Shown here in pieces: positions 40,767 to 51,569 of a stretch of DNA of 64,000 nt (position 1 is its first letter; the number at the start of each line of letters is the position of its first letter). Both the position numbers and the translations under genes were made by a program. The notes under the pieces were generated by a model, which was not told the DNA's origin, ran no database searches, and saw only the letters and a program-made list of their open reading frames with translations. This DNA is from Candidatus Latescibacterota bacterium (GTDB lineage: Bacteria > Latescibacterota > UBA2968 > UBA8231), in NCBI GenBank assembly GCA_965248265.1, contig CBDFJF010000002.1, positions 1,760,001 through 1,824,000 of the forward strand, read 5' to 3'.

Positions 40767-42299
40767 ATGTCAGCACAGCAGACCGTGAATATCGGCTCGA
40801 GACTGGAACTCATGGTGGACGACTATCTCATCCAGTCCATGACCGCCAAAGCGGAGTTGCGGCTTCACCAGCCGGTGCGGCGGGAGATCGTGTTCGAGAG
40901 TGACGCACCTTGGGAGGGGAATGCCTGTGGGTTTCAGTCAATCGTCAGTGACGATGGGCGGCATCGCATCTACTACCATGGCCTCCATTACCGAAACAGC
41001 GGAGAGCCGGCGCAGAAGCGCGAGGATCACACGGCCTGCCTGTGCTTCATCGAGAGCGAGGACGGCATCCACTGGGAGCGGCCCGAGCTGGGACTCTTCG
41101 ATTTCACTGGCTCGAAGGCCAACAACATCATCTTGACCCCTGAAGCCGTCGCGGAGGTCGGTGGCGGCCCGGCACTTACCTCGGTGCTCAAGGACGAGAA
41201 CCCCGAGTGTCCGCCGGACGCGAAGTTCAAGATCGTGATGCTTGGCAGTGAGCCCAATGGGTTGTATCTCCTCAAGTCCGGAGATGGCGTGCACTTCTCA
41301 CTGATGAGCAAGACCGCGGCCATCACGCACGACGCGTACGGCGCGTTCGACTCGCAGAACCTGATGTTCTGGGACTCCGTGCGCCAGGAATACCGTGAGT
41401 ACCATCGCGGCTTCAACGAGGGCGTGCGCGACATCATGACGGCCGTCTCGCCCGATCCTCTCCACTTCCCCGACTCGGAGTGGCTCTCGTACCCCGGCGC
41501 GCCGGTGGAGCAACTGTACAACAATCAGATCGTCCCTTACTACCGTGCACCACATATCTTCATGGGCTTCCCGGCGCGCTATCAGAAGCGCGAGTGGTCG
41601 GAACCGCTCTATGCAGTCCCCGGTCTGGAGGAGCGTCTGGCTCGGGCCAAATCCCATGAGCGGCACGGCTCGGCCATCACCGACGCGCTCTTCATGACTA
41701 GCCGCGATGGGCTCAACTTCAAGCGCTGGCCCGAGGCGTTCATCCGCCCGGGGCCGCGGTTGCGGGAGAGCTGGGTCTACGGGGACAACTATATGTTCTG
41801 GGGCATGGTCGAGACGCCGTCAGCCACCGAGGACGCACCCAAGGAGATCTCGATGTACGCGTCCGATGGCTACTGGGAGGGCATCTCCAACAGCGTGCGA
41901 CGGTACACCCTGCGTCAGGATGGTTTCGTGTCGGTCGCCGCGCCGCTGTCGGGCGGCGAGATCGTGACCAAGCCCATTGTCTTTGAGGGAGGCAACTTGA
42001 CGTTGAACGTGGAGACCTCTGGAGCCGGAGGAGTACAGGTAGAGATCCAAGACGAGGCGGGGACGCCGATCGAGGGGTACGGCCTCGACGACTGCCCGGC
42101 CATCTTCTGCGATTCGCTGCGCCGCGTCGTAAGGTGGAAGAAGAAGGGTGGCGATGTCCGACCGCTGTCGGCCAGGCCGGTGCGATTGCGGTTTGTGATG
42201 CGAGACGCAGACCTGTACGCGTTCCAGTTCGTGCCCTACGAGCCCGATCCTGCGGCGCCGGACCTGAGCGGAATCGAGCTGCCCAAGCAGGATGCATAG
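40767..42299 (+). CDS. Five-bladed beta-propeller glycosidase-like protein (GH32/43-like fold) + beta-sandwich
   Basis: APWEG, SEDGIHWERP, FDSQN, SRDG..F, LRQDGFVS, ADLYAFQF; no signal peptide. Confidence 0.75.
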   Translation: MSAQQTVNIGSRLELMVDDYLIQSMTAKAELRLHQPVRREIVFESDAPWEGNACGFQSIVSDDGRHRIYYHGLHYRNSGEPAQKREDHTACLCFIESEDGIHWERPELGLFDFTGSKANNIILTPEAVAEVGGGPALTSVLKDENPECPPDAKFKIVMLGSEPNGLYLLKSGDGVHFSLMSKTAAITHDAYGAFDSQNLMFWDSVRQEYREYHRGFNEGVRDIMTAVSPDPLHFPDSEWLSYPGAPVEQLYNNQIVPYYRAPHIFMGFPARYQKREWSEPLYAVPGLEERLARAKSHERHGSAITDALFMTSRDGLNFKRWPEAFIRPGPRLRESWVYGDNYMFWGMVETPSATEDAPKEISMYASDGYWEGISNSVRRYTLRQDGFVSVAAPLSGGEIVTKPIVFEGGNLTLNVETSGAGGVQVEIQDEAGTPIEGYGLDDCPAIFCDSLRRVVRWKKKGGDVRPLSARPVRLRFVMRDADLYAFQFVPYEPDPAAPDLSGIELPKQDA

Positions 42300-42301
42300 G
42301 T

Positions 42302-42758
42302 ATGGCCGCCACAGTGGATCGCAGGTTGGCTATCGTCCTCGTTCTCGCGGCCTCAGCGGTCTGCGCCTTCTTCCGGTACGATACCGGCGCGGGAGACCTC
42401 TTCAACTCCTACGACCACAACCCTGGTGGCAATCCGCACGAAACGGCCGACTATTGTGTTGTCTATTCGGACTGGTACCCGTACTATCCCTCCAAGGAAA
42501 AGGCGAAGAAGATCAAGATCATACCAGGGCGTCGTTGGAAGAGCTGGTACCAGGGCACCCAGGACTATCGGTGCGTGTTCATCTGTCGTGAGCTCATCGC
42601 GGAGCTCAGAGAGGCAGGTAAAGACGTAGCCACGTTCGAGACGGTCCTTCAACAGGGCCATCGCGAGCGCGGTTGACCGTTCCGGGGCCGCAATGGATGC
42701 CTCGCGCGAGAAGCTCGTCCGCGCGGCCGTCCAGATGCAGGAACTGCTGGACGAGTAA
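42302..42758 (+). pseudogene. Signal peptide fused to the C-terminal tail of a paralogue of the 44590 gene; frameshift near 42656
   Basis: MAATVDRRLAIVLVLAASAV joined to CAFF...IIPGRRWKSWYQGTQDYR...AAMDASREKL. Confidence 0.8.
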
Positions 42759-42882
42759 GGCAAGATGACGGAAAGGCCTTTGCCCATCACCTCGAGGGCT
42801 TCCGTGCCTGGCTCGTGAAGATGTGCTGATTGGTGCCTGGATGAGATCCGTCCATGCACACATCCCGAAGAGGACAGACATC

Positions 42883-44418
42883 ATGATCTCACCTTACAGA
42901 AACCTGGGATATCCCTTTACACTCTCCTCCGACATCGTGTACTTTCATGACTGGCGCTACGTGCACCACGGCAGCGTGGGTTGGTCCGAGGACGGCGGCA
43001 GGACCCCCATGTCGACCACTGACCCGGTGCCGCCTATGCGGTTCGAGCCGCGCCTTCTGCCCGTCGGCATTCGCCTGTGCGCGCAGCCGGCACAGAAGAC
43101 CGCGCCTTTCCTCGAACCCCAAATGGATGACGAGATCATCCTGTTCGCCGGCACAGTCATACACGACGAGGGTCGCTATCGCTTCTGGTTCGACTGCTGG
43201 CCCACAGACCACACCCACCACGAGCGTTACAAGACGGGCATGTTCAACCATGTACGCTATGGCGAGTCGGACGATGGGGAGAACTGGACCTTCCCGAAGC
43301 TCAACTTGATCGAACGCCACGGCAGCGCGGACAACAACGTGGTGTACGGCCCGTCGCTCACCCCGGAGACGGGCTACTTCTACGGCTCCGTGTTCAAGGA
43401 TCCGTCCGCGCCTCCTGGGGAGCACTACAAGATGATCTACCAGGGCCATCCCTCCGAGGCGACGAAGGAACGCTACCTACGCGAGCGACCCGACGACGTG
43501 GACAGTATCAACCGGGGACGACCGGATTGGTCCGCCTTCTTCGGCGCGGTTTCACCCGACGGGTTGCGCTGGACTCCGCTGGAGGAGCCGCTGGTCGCCA
43601 AGTACAGCGACACCCACAACATGTGCGAGTACGATCCTGTGCTGGAGCGGTACGTGGCCTACTGCCGCAACTGGTTCTTCTCCCGCCGGAGCATCGGCCG
43701 CATTGTCTCGCACAACTTCCGCCGCTTCCCGCTCTCCGAGGAGGTACTCTGGCCCGATCCCACCATGGACCCCGATGAGCTGTGGTACGCCAACGGCAAG
43801 ACAAAGATGCCTGGCACGACCGACTATCACGTCATGTTCCCCATGCGCTGGAGCATCCGCCACGACAAATTCGACTTCCACCTGTTCACCAGCCCGGACA
43901 ACCTGAGCTGGCACCGCGTGCCCGGGGGACCTGTCTGCGAAGTGGGCGATCCGGGTGACTGGGACGGCGGCGTGGTCGCCCCGGGGATCGGGCTGGTGGA
44001 GCTGCCCGGAGGGCGTATGGGCGTGCCCTTGGTCGGATCGAAGGTGCCACACAAATACCCGCGCAAGGCCCCCTTAGGTGCCATCGGCTGGGCGTGGTGG
44101 CCGAAGGGTCGGCTCGTGGCGCTGAAGGCGGACGTTGAGGCATCGTTCGCGCTCCAGCCGCTCAAGATCTCACAGCGCCAGGCGATCCTCAACTGTCGGA
44201 CCGCGCCGGCCGGCTCGGTGCAGGTGGAAGTGCTCGGTCCGGCCGGCGAGGTGCTGCCGGGGCGCGCTTTTGCGGACTGCGACTGGATCGTCGGTGATCA
44301 CTTGGAGCGGGCGATCACCTGGAAGGGCGAGGCCGATCTAAGCCACAACGGCGACGGTCCCATCACTTTGTGCTTCAAGATGCGCTGCGCCGAGCTTTAC
44401 AGTGTGGCGTTCAGATGA
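42883..44418 (+). CDS. Beta-propeller glycosidase-like protein, distant paralogue of 40767
   Basis: ESDDGENW, SPDGLRW, SDTHN, AELYSVAF; no signal peptide. Confidence 0.65.
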   Translation: MISPYRNLGYPFTLSSDIVYFHDWRYVHHGSVGWSEDGGRTPMSTTDPVPPMRFEPRLLPVGIRLCAQPAQKTAPFLEPQMDDEIILFAGTVIHDEGRYRFWFDCWPTDHTHHERYKTGMFNHVRYGESDDGENWTFPKLNLIERHGSADNNVVYGPSLTPETGYFYGSVFKDPSAPPGEHYKMIYQGHPSEATKERYLRERPDDVDSINRGRPDWSAFFGAVSPDGLRWTPLEEPLVAKYSDTHNMCEYDPVLERYVAYCRNWFFSRRSIGRIVSHNFRRFPLSEEVLWPDPTMDPDELWYANGKTKMPGTTDYHVMFPMRWSIRHDKFDFHLFTSPDNLSWHRVPGGPVCEVGDPGDWDGGVVAPGIGLVELPGGRMGVPLVGSKVPHKYPRKAPLGAIGWAWWPKGRLVALKADVEASFALQPLKISQRQAILNCRTAPAGSVQVEVLGPAGEVLPGRAFADCDWIVGDHLERAITWKGEADLSHNGDGPITLCFKMRCAELYSVAFR

Positions 44419-44448
44419 CGCCGATGGCATCTCTTCAGACCCCACGTC
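44335..44448. repeat. 114-bp inverted repeat, left arm (right arm 47940-48054)
   Basis: Reverse-complement match with one indel. Confidence 0.92.
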
Positions 44449-44589
44449 TTTTCAGACCCGAGTCTTCTTATTGCCCGACGCACGAAACGCTGGCTCAGAC
44501 ACGTAAGAGCTCGGTACTCTCAAGAAACGAAGCGGCACCTGAGATTCCGTAACGTTCCACAATTCATGCGAGTGAGGGGAGGCCCTAAC

Positions 44590-47500
44590 ATGTACGTCTC
44601 AAGGCGATACGTGAATCCGTCGTGGGTCGCGATCCTGGCTGTTTTGTTGCTGCCGCTGTGCGCAAAAGCGGGCCTGCTGTTCCATTGGAGCTTCGACACG
44701 CTGGACGAAAACGGGCAGGCGCCGAACCTGGCGGCCGACGCAAACGCCCTTCCTGTGGCGAAGTGGTCGGCAGACGGCGGCCTCCGGGAGTCAGGCGCGC
44801 TGGTTTGTGGTGAAGGGCTCCGTTCAGCGAAAGCCCACTTCCCGAACCTGCGATGGACGAACGCGACGATCGAACTCACGTTCAAGCCGACGGCGCCGGT
44901 CGAGACGTACAGCGTTCTCTTTTCCTATGGCCGCAGCACTTGGGGGCAAGGCGTCTTCGACCTCTACCTCGACGGGAAGGGTCACGTCGGCGCGCTCTTC
45001 CTGCTCCAATCCGACGACGGCAAGACGACCCTCAAGCGAGTCGAGGTGCTCAGCAAGCAGCGCACCTTTGAAGTCGGGAAATGGTATAACCTGCGTGTCA
45101 CCATGGAGCGGGGCGGTATGATGAAGCTGTACCTCGACGGGCGACTCGACCAGGCAATCACCGGCGGAGTTGGTTTTGCAGACTTCCCGGAGGAAACGCC
45201 GCCGGCCTATCCCATGGTGCAACTTGGCTCGCGGGTGTGGCGCGGCGAGGCGGAGCTGCCCTTTGCCGGTTTGATTGACGAAGTTCGCATTTGGGATCGT
45301 GTCGTCAGCCCGTTCGAATCGCAGCCCAGTTCCGTCACCGGCGGTTCGGGCGAATCAATTGTCGTCTCGAAGTACGTGGACAGAACCCCAACCATTGATG
45401 GAAAACTCGACGACCCGTGTTGGGCGACCGCCGAGAAGACCCGTCGTTTCAAGGTTCTGTCAAGCATAAGCACCGAAGTAACCGGACTCGAACTGGGGGC
45501 GGAGGACAGGTTTGTCCAGAACGCGGCAACCGCTCAGATGTGTCATGACGACGATGCCTTGTACGTGGCCTATCGCGCGCCGGCGCCGGAGGACACGCCG
45601 GCCACGGCCAGGATTACAAGGCATGACGACGAGGTGTGCAGCGACGATTGCGTGGAGCTCTTTCTCGATCCAATGCAACAGATGGGCTACTCCCAGATTC
45701 TGGTCAATGCCATCGGCACTGTAGCGGATCTGGAAAGGCGTCCTGGAAATGGGGCCGTGGATGCCAACTGGGAATCGAACGCTCAAATTGGCGTTCAACG
45801 TGTCGGCGCGGGCTACGTCGTCGAGATGGCCATCCCGTTTGCTTCTTTGGGCAACTACCCGCGCACGGCCGGCACGGCGTGGGGAGTCAACTTCACCCGT
45901 GAGGGGGCCAGCGGCGGCGGCCTGAGCACATGGGCCCCTGAGGTCGGCAGAAGCTTCGGAACGCCTGAACGCTTTGGCATGCTGATCTTTGAGTCCCTGC
46001 TTGCCTATCACGAGGGAAGGCTCAAGGAGTTGCAGGATCGGCTCGCCGGACTTCCCGTCGACGCTTCCCCGGAACTCACTGCGTCGGCGCAGGACATGTT
46101 GGCTTCCTTGGACGCGCGCATCGCACGCGACGGGGCGAAGCGATCCGAATGGTCCGCCATACGCAACCTCTCGATCGAGGTTGACAGTATCCTGCGACAG
46201 CTCGCCATGAAGGGCCGAACCTACTTGCTCTGGCAAAAGGACATCTGGGGCCCAGTTTCCCCTGACGAACGAATTGCCTTGGATGTGCATGAATTGACCG
46301 ACGTCAACGTGTTCTCTGCGCAGAACACCCGTGCTGCCACGGGATTTCTGGTGAGTAACCTCAGCGCCAAACCACTGATGGGGCGCCTCACGCTGTTGAA
46401 GGCGAGCGAGGATGATCCACTTGCGGAAGGGGTCACGCTCCTTGAAGCTGACCGTATTCAGTTCCGGCGAGGGATGTACATTGAGTTGCCCGACGGCGTG
46501 ATGACCCCTGATGCGTTACCGGCGTTGCTGCCCTACCATCTCGTGGAGGTGCCTGCGAGGACGACGGTTCTGCTCTGGACCGAGATCGACACGCGTGACT
46601 TGTCCGCAGGCAGATACACTCGGAAGGTCGAGTTCTTCCCCTCCTATTCGGACTTTCCAAAGACGTCCTTCGATCTGAACCTCGAGGTCGCGCCCGTTGA
46701 CCTGTCTGCCCCGAGGGTCAAGCAGTTCACCTATTTCGTCCCGAACGCGCAGGTCTCTCGGGCCTTGTCGGAAGATCTGGTTCGGCATGGCATAACGATG
46801 GTTCACGCAATGCCGAGTCTACGCCTCCCGGGCCTTGGCTTCCATGGTTGGCCCAAACTGGACGCGGATGGAAACATCGTGTCTGTGGACCAGTTGCACT
46901 CGCTCCGCGATTCGCAGATTGCCAACATGGAAGCCGCAGGGCTTCCGAAGGAACGAATGGACATCCTTATTCATCTTGACTTCTCCCACTCATACAAACG
47001 GGATATTCCCTTATCTAATTTGTACGCTGACAAGGAGGGCCACCTTGTCTACGGGACTGAGGCATGGAAGAGAGGATTCGCCAATTCTCTTAAGTCCTTC
47101 CGCGACCACCTCTTTGAAAAGGGGTTCACCTACGATCAAATCGTCTTCTATATAAGTGACGAACCACATGGAGACCCCGCCGATCCCGAAAGCACGACCG
47201 CCTGGGCGATCAAGGGATCCCGCCATGTCAAGGAAGTGGATCCCAGGTTTCGCACCATGGCGAACCCGGGGCTTTCCGACGGGAAGGAGAAATACCTCGA
47301 TGCGTACTTGAAGGAATTTGACGTCCTCGAACCCTACCGGCCCGACTTGGGCGGCGATCCCGCACTCATTGAGCGACTGCAGGAGAGCGGCCTCGAAATC
47401 TGGACCTACATTATCTTGGTCAAGCAGAATCGCCCAAGTGCCTATCGGAACCAGTCATGGCTGTCGGCACGCGACGGGTTCACGGGTGTTTGTGCATTCT

Positions 47501-47913
47501 GGGCCTATGACAGAAGCGCTAGGGACCCCTTCTACTCGTACGATCACCATCCGGGCAGTCCACGTATGATCGCAGACTACGCCGTCGTCTATGCGAACTT
47601 TGTGTGGGAAGGACATGCAGCACGAGCCACCACGATCATCCCGAGCCGTCGCTGGGAGGCCTCGTATCAAGGCAACCAGGACTATCGCGCGGTCGTCATT
47701 TGCCGCGAACTCATCGGGAAGTTGAAGGCTGCGGGTCGAGACGCATCTATGTTTCAGGCGGTTGTGGAAGAGGCGATTGCAGCCGCCGTCAACCAGTCGG
47801 GTGCCGCCATGGACGCTTCTCGGGAGAGACTGATTCGCGCCGCCGTAGAGATGCAGAAATCTCTTGACGGGCGCCCAACCAACTCGGCACCTGCCACCGA
47901 GGATCGCCAATGA
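44590..47913 (+). CDS. Secreted LamG + CBM9-like + GH123-like protein
   Basis: Signal peptide; FAGLIDEVRIWDR; PTIDGKLDDPCW; YISDEP; SRRWEASYQGNQDY. Confidence 0.8.
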   Translation: MYVSRRYVNPSWVAILAVLLLPLCAKAGLLFHWSFDTLDENGQAPNLAADANALPVAKWSADGGLRESGALVCGEGLRSAKAHFPNLRWTNATIELTFKPTAPVETYSVLFSYGRSTWGQGVFDLYLDGKGHVGALFLLQSDDGKTTLKRVEVLSKQRTFEVGKWYNLRVTMERGGMMKLYLDGRLDQAITGGVGFADFPEETPPAYPMVQLGSRVWRGEAELPFAGLIDEVRIWDRVVSPFESQPSSVTGGSGESIVVSKYVDRTPTIDGKLDDPCWATAEKTRRFKVLSSISTEVTGLELGAEDRFVQNAATAQMCHDDDALYVAYRAPAPEDTPATARITRHDDEVCSDDCVELFLDPMQQMGYSQILVNAIGTVADLERRPGNGAVDANWESNAQIGVQRVGAGYVVEMAIPFASLGNYPRTAGTAWGVNFTREGASGGGLSTWAPEVGRSFGTPERFGMLIFESLLAYHEGRLKELQDRLAGLPVDASPELTASAQDMLASLDARIARDGAKRSEWSAIRNLSIEVDSILRQLAMKGRTYLLWQKDIWGPVSPDERIALDVHELTDVNVFSAQNTRAATGFLVSNLSAKPLMGRLTLLKASEDDPLAEGVTLLEADRIQFRRGMYIELPDGVMTPDALPALLPYHLVEVPARTTVLLWTEIDTRDLSAGRYTRKVEFFPSYSDFPKTSFDLNLEVAPVDLSAPRVKQFTYFVPNAQVSRALSEDLVRHGITMVHAMPSLRLPGLGFHGWPKLDADGNIVSVDQLHSLRDSQIANMEAAGLPKERMDILIHLDFSHSYKRDIPLSNLYADKEGHLVYGTEAWKRGFANSLKSFRDHLFEKGFTYDQIVFYISDEPHGDPADPESTTAWAIKGSRHVKEVDPRFRTMANPGLSDGKEKYLDAYLKEFDVLEPYRPDLGGDPALIERLQESGLEIWTYIILVKQNRPSAYRNQSWLSARDGFTGVCAFWAYDRSARDPFYSYDHHPGSPRMIADYAVVYANFVWEGHAARATTIIPSRRWEASYQGNQDYRAVVICRELIGKLKAAGRDASMFQAVVEEAIAAAVNQSGAAMDASRERLIRAAVEMQKSLDGRPTNSAPATEDRQ

Positions 47914-47939
47914 GGGGAAACGCCGAAATCCCGCATCTT

Positions 47940-48172
47940 GACGTGGGGTCTGAAGAGATGCCATCGGCGTCATCTGAACGCCACACTGTAAAGCTCGGCG
48001 CAGCGCATCCTTGAAGCACAAAGTGATGGGACCGTCGCCGTTGTGGCTTAGATCTCATCCAGGCACCAATCAGCACATCTTCACGAGCCAGGCACAGAAG
48101 CCCTCGAGTGCCCTGGTACCAGCTCTTCCAGCGGCGGCCTGGAATGATTATGATCTCCTTCGCCTTCTCCTT
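47940..48172 (-). repeat. Inverted mosaic copy of three pieces of 42494-44448
   Basis: 47940-48054 matches 44335-44448; 48051-48108 matches 42791-42848; 48108-48172 resembles 42494-42558. Confidence 0.9.
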
Positions 48173-48266
48173 ACAGGCGTCGGCGACGCGCCAGTGACGC
48201 CGCGCTCCGAGCCCAGGCCCTCGAAGTAGCCCACCATCAGCATGCGAAAGTAGACCCCGAGGCAAC

Positions 48267-49433
48267 GTGCACAACCCATACGCGCGGGTAGACTGGAAGA
48301 AAGTGAGCCGGGTCCCTTCGGCCTCCCACATGCATCTGGTCAATCAGAGGCAGCTCGACAACGCCTATCGGTATGGCATCCGGCACTTCCCCATATCGAA
48401 CTACTACCCATCGGCACCGTACAGGGCCGACACGAGGCTGAGCGACTTCAAGCTCCGGCAGTGGTGGCCGGCCACACGCGACGGCAAGCGGATCGATCCA
48501 CCGATCGACTGGAATGGGATCATCGACTGGCAGGATGAACTGGCGGACGAATACAGGTCCCAGCTTCCATTCCAGGAGACAGATCCCACCTATTCGGCGA
48601 TCCCCAGTGATGCGATACTGAGCAGCAACGCCGAACACCACGGATTCTGCAACTCACAGGCACACACCTGCAGCCCCGGATCGTCCTTCGCGTCCGGGAC
48701 CTTCGATGTACACAACAACATCAATCTGAACCGCCACGGTTTTCCGGTGGGTTTCGGCGGCATCTGGCAAGAGGCCTTCGAGGGGATGATCGACGGTCTT
48801 GATTACCCCGACGGCGGCGGCATCACGGTCAACCACCCGACGTGGTTCTCGAGGTTCACGGACGAGCAGGTACTGGAGATGCTCGACTTCGACGACCGCG
48901 TTCTGGGAATCGAGATCTACAACGATTACAGCTGGAAGCGAGACTGGTACCAGAAACCCAACTACAAAGCCCCGGACGAGCCAGAGCAAGGCTTCTCCAC
49001 GAACATGTGGGATCGCATTCTGCTGACGGGTCGCCGGAGCTGGGGATTCTGCGTGCCCGACCACAGCGCTGGCGACGGCAACTGGCGAGGCCGATGCGTG
49101 CTGCTCGTTCAGGAATACAGCGAACACGCGTGCCTCAAGGCATACCGGGACGGCAGCTTCTACGGTTGCCTCACCGGCGAGGGCGTGTCACTGACGGGGT
49201 TCGAGGCATCGGAGACAAGCGTCTCTGTGAGTCTGAGCGGGCTTGCAGAGATCCGGTTTGTGGCTGACGCCGCCGTCGTCAAGACTGTTACCGGAGACCG
49301 TGCGGCATTCGAAGTGCCGCAGAGGAACGGTTCGCCGGGAGTGGTCTACGTGCGCGTAGAAGCCCGGGACAAAACGGGCGAGCGGCTGTTCCTTCAGCCC
49401 GTGCGTTTCGGCGCCGGGAGGAGGAACTCCTGA
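48267..49433 (+). CDS. PHP-domain-like metallohydrolase
   Basis: SHMH, NAEHH, NHP, EIYN, WD..L, PDH, YVRVEA. Confidence 0.6.
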   Translation: MHNPYARVDWKKVSRVPSASHMHLVNQRQLDNAYRYGIRHFPISNYYPSAPYRADTRLSDFKLRQWWPATRDGKRIDPPIDWNGIIDWQDELADEYRSQLPFQETDPTYSAIPSDAILSSNAEHHGFCNSQAHTCSPGSSFASGTFDVHNNINLNRHGFPVGFGGIWQEAFEGMIDGLDYPDGGGITVNHPTWFSRFTDEQVLEMLDFDDRVLGIEIYNDYSWKRDWYQKPNYKAPDEPEQGFSTNMWDRILLTGRRSWGFCVPDHSAGDGNWRGRCVLLVQEYSEHACLKAYRDGSFYGCLTGEGVSLTGFEASETSVSVSLSGLAEIRFVADAAVVKTVTGDRAAFEVPQRNGSPGVVYVRVEARDKTGERLFLQPVRFGAGRRNS

Positions 49434-49542
49434 GGGCGACCATCGCCGCTTCCTCGAGGAATGCACGCGGGCCGAGAGGCGCGGCAGAGCCAGAAGCTCA
49501 TCATCGGCCCGTGGATTCACGGGTCGCCGGTAGCGGCGCCGC

Positions 49543-51528
49543 TCAAACTTGTGTGAGAAAGCTGCCGGTGTGGCCGGTGAAGTAGTCGGCCACCAGGAAG
49601 ATGCCGGCGGCGATGATTTCGCCCAGGATCAAGCCCAGAAAGAACGGCCGCAGACTGCGGAACAGTTGGGGACCGCCGTAACGCAGGATCCCCAGTTTGA
49701 GGAACCAGGCCAACAGGGCGGAGCAGAAGATGTGCCCGGTTTTCCAGTTGGCGCTGATCACGTAGCCCAGCGGGTTCAGCGGCCACCACAGGAAATTGTG
49801 CCGCGCCCACATCAGGAACCCCATCACGCTTCCACCGATGCTCATGAACTGCCATGCATCCCAGCGCGGCCCGGTCAACTCCGCGGCGATACGAGGCGCC
49901 ATGTCGCGGGGGGCGTACTGGGGCGCCTGATTGACGAAGAACAGCGGGTTGAGGTTGATGCCGCCGTATTCGTAGGCCATCACGATCGTTACATACGACG
50001 AGCCCGCCAGGCTGACCAGCACCGCGATGACCACGGCCCAGAACAGGCGGCGCTTCGACCCGGTCATGATCTCGCTCATCTTCAGGCCATTGGCGACGGA
50101 CGACATCACGAACGAGCGGATCTCGGCGTGCCAGCCGTAAGAGAACCCCAGGGCCACCAGACCGTTGGCACCCAGGGCCGAGGTGCCGAGCGCCGAGATC
50201 ACGAAACTCGAGGTCATGATAGGCGGCCGCATCGCCGGGATGCCCCCCTGGGCGACCACCCGCGTCAGCCCCATGAACAGCACCATCGCCCCGAACACCA
50301 TCAGCAGGGCCGCCGGAAACGGGATCCCGATCGCCGACAGCCAGAACGCGACCAGCAGCAGCCCGGCAATCAGGCCAAACACCGCCAGCCGGTAGGAGAT
50401 CATCTCGCCGCTGTCGTCGACTGCGGGATCGCCGCGGAACGCCTTTCGCCAGACGTCCTTGAGGTGCCCGCGGGCCATCCACAACCCGACGAGGACAAAG
50501 ACGATCATCGCTCCCATGCCCTGGTGGGCGAGGTAGGGGTCGATCGAGTAGTTGTCGATGCGCTGCGTGCTCTGCACTCCGACGATGTTGAAAATGCCGC
50601 GCTGCAACTGGGTGATGGCGTAGAAGATCCAAATCGAGGCCGAGATATCGAGGTTGACGAAGTAGAAGAATCCGGTCCACGGCGGGCTGAACCAGAAGCT
50701 CAGACCCTGATTGCCCGGCAGGGGCAGTGCGAAGGACCGGTTGAGATAGGGGAAGCTCGGGTAGTATGAATGTATCCCGTTGACAGCCAGCAGGATGAAT
50801 GAGATGGCGAATCCCAGCCACATCGCCTTGTTGGTGAAAAACGACCTGCCGATGATCCCGCCCTCTTCCTTCTGGATCATCTCCATCGGTACTTGGACGA
50901 GGGGGTAAACGAGTTTTTCGTGATCGACCCACTGCTTGCGCAGGATGACCATGCTGCAGATCATGGCGAAGGCCAGCGCCAGGAAGAAGCCGTACCACAG
51001 ACTCAGGGGACCCACCCACGCTTCCCACGGAATCGTGCCACCCTCAGGCAGCCCTTCGAAGAAATAGCGCGCTACGTTCTCGCCCCGCGGGATCATCCAC
51101 TGCGGGATGTACTGGTTGTAGAGGAAGTCCCAGTTGTTCTCGGGGGTGGCGTAGTACGTCGATCCGAGCAGGCAGGGGATCATGAACTGGGTGAAGCCCA
51201 TTCCGGGGATGCAGCAGGCCACGACCAGCATGATGTAGATGGTGATCAGCTCCGACCGTGTGAGCGCCAGGGTGCGGTGGATGAGTCCGACCACGCCGGC
51301 TGCGATCACTACGAAGAAGAAGAAGAAGAGGGCTGCCGGGGTGCTGAAGTTGAGGGTCAGATAGGAGCCGCGGATGATGTTCGTCGCGTACGCGTCTAAC
51401 ACATTGAGCAGGCAGGAGAGCACCCCGCCGATCAGGATGCCCCTCACCGGAATACCCTCGAGGTCGCTCGGGGACGGCTGACCCTGCGACATCGAAGTTG
51501 TATGGGTGGGGGGGATCTGTTTCGTCAC
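49543..51528 (-). CDS. DUF6785/DUF6784-type polytopic membrane protein
   Basis: LRKQWVDHEKLVYP, WWPLNPLG, PFFLGLILGE; paralogue of 11203. Confidence 0.8.
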   Translation of the reverse strand: MTKQIPPTHTTSMSQGQPSPSDLEGIPVRGILIGGVLSCLLNVLDAYATNIIRGSYLTLNFSTPAALFFFFFVVIAAGVVGLIHRTLALTRSELITIYIMLVVACCIPGMGFTQFMIPCLLGSTYYATPENNWDFLYNQYIPQWMIPRGENVARYFFEGLPEGGTIPWEAWVGPLSLWYGFFLALAFAMICSMVILRKQWVDHEKLVYPLVQVPMEMIQKEEGGIIGRSFFTNKAMWLGFAISFILLAVNGIHSYYPSFPYLNRSFALPLPGNQGLSFWFSPPWTGFFYFVNLDISASIWIFYAITQLQRGIFNIVGVQSTQRIDNYSIDPYLAHQGMGAMIVFVLVGLWMARGHLKDVWRKAFRGDPAVDDSGEMISYRLAVFGLIAGLLLVAFWLSAIGIPFPAALLMVFGAMVLFMGLTRVVAQGGIPAMRPPIMTSSFVISALGTSALGANGLVALGFSYGWHAEIRSFVMSSVANGLKMSEIMTGSKRRLFWAVVIAVLVSLAGSSYVTIVMAYEYGGINLNPLFFVNQAPQYAPRDMAPRIAAELTGPRWDAWQFMSIGGSVMGFLMWARHNFLWWPLNPLGYVISANWKTGHIFCSALLAWFLKLGILRYGGPQLFRSLRPFFLGLILGEIIAAGIFLVADYFTGHTGSFLTQV

Positions 51529-51569
51529 CGACGGCTACTTTCGCATCCGGACCAGTCGTGCCCCGAGGG

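Noticed and set aside
21276-48054. GATC at two junctions, suggesting Sau3AI/Hi-C ligation chimeras
   Set aside because: Other junctions (52450, 60425, 60868, 42360) lack GATC and the 4-mer is very common here. Not supported as a general explanation, though reads should be checked.
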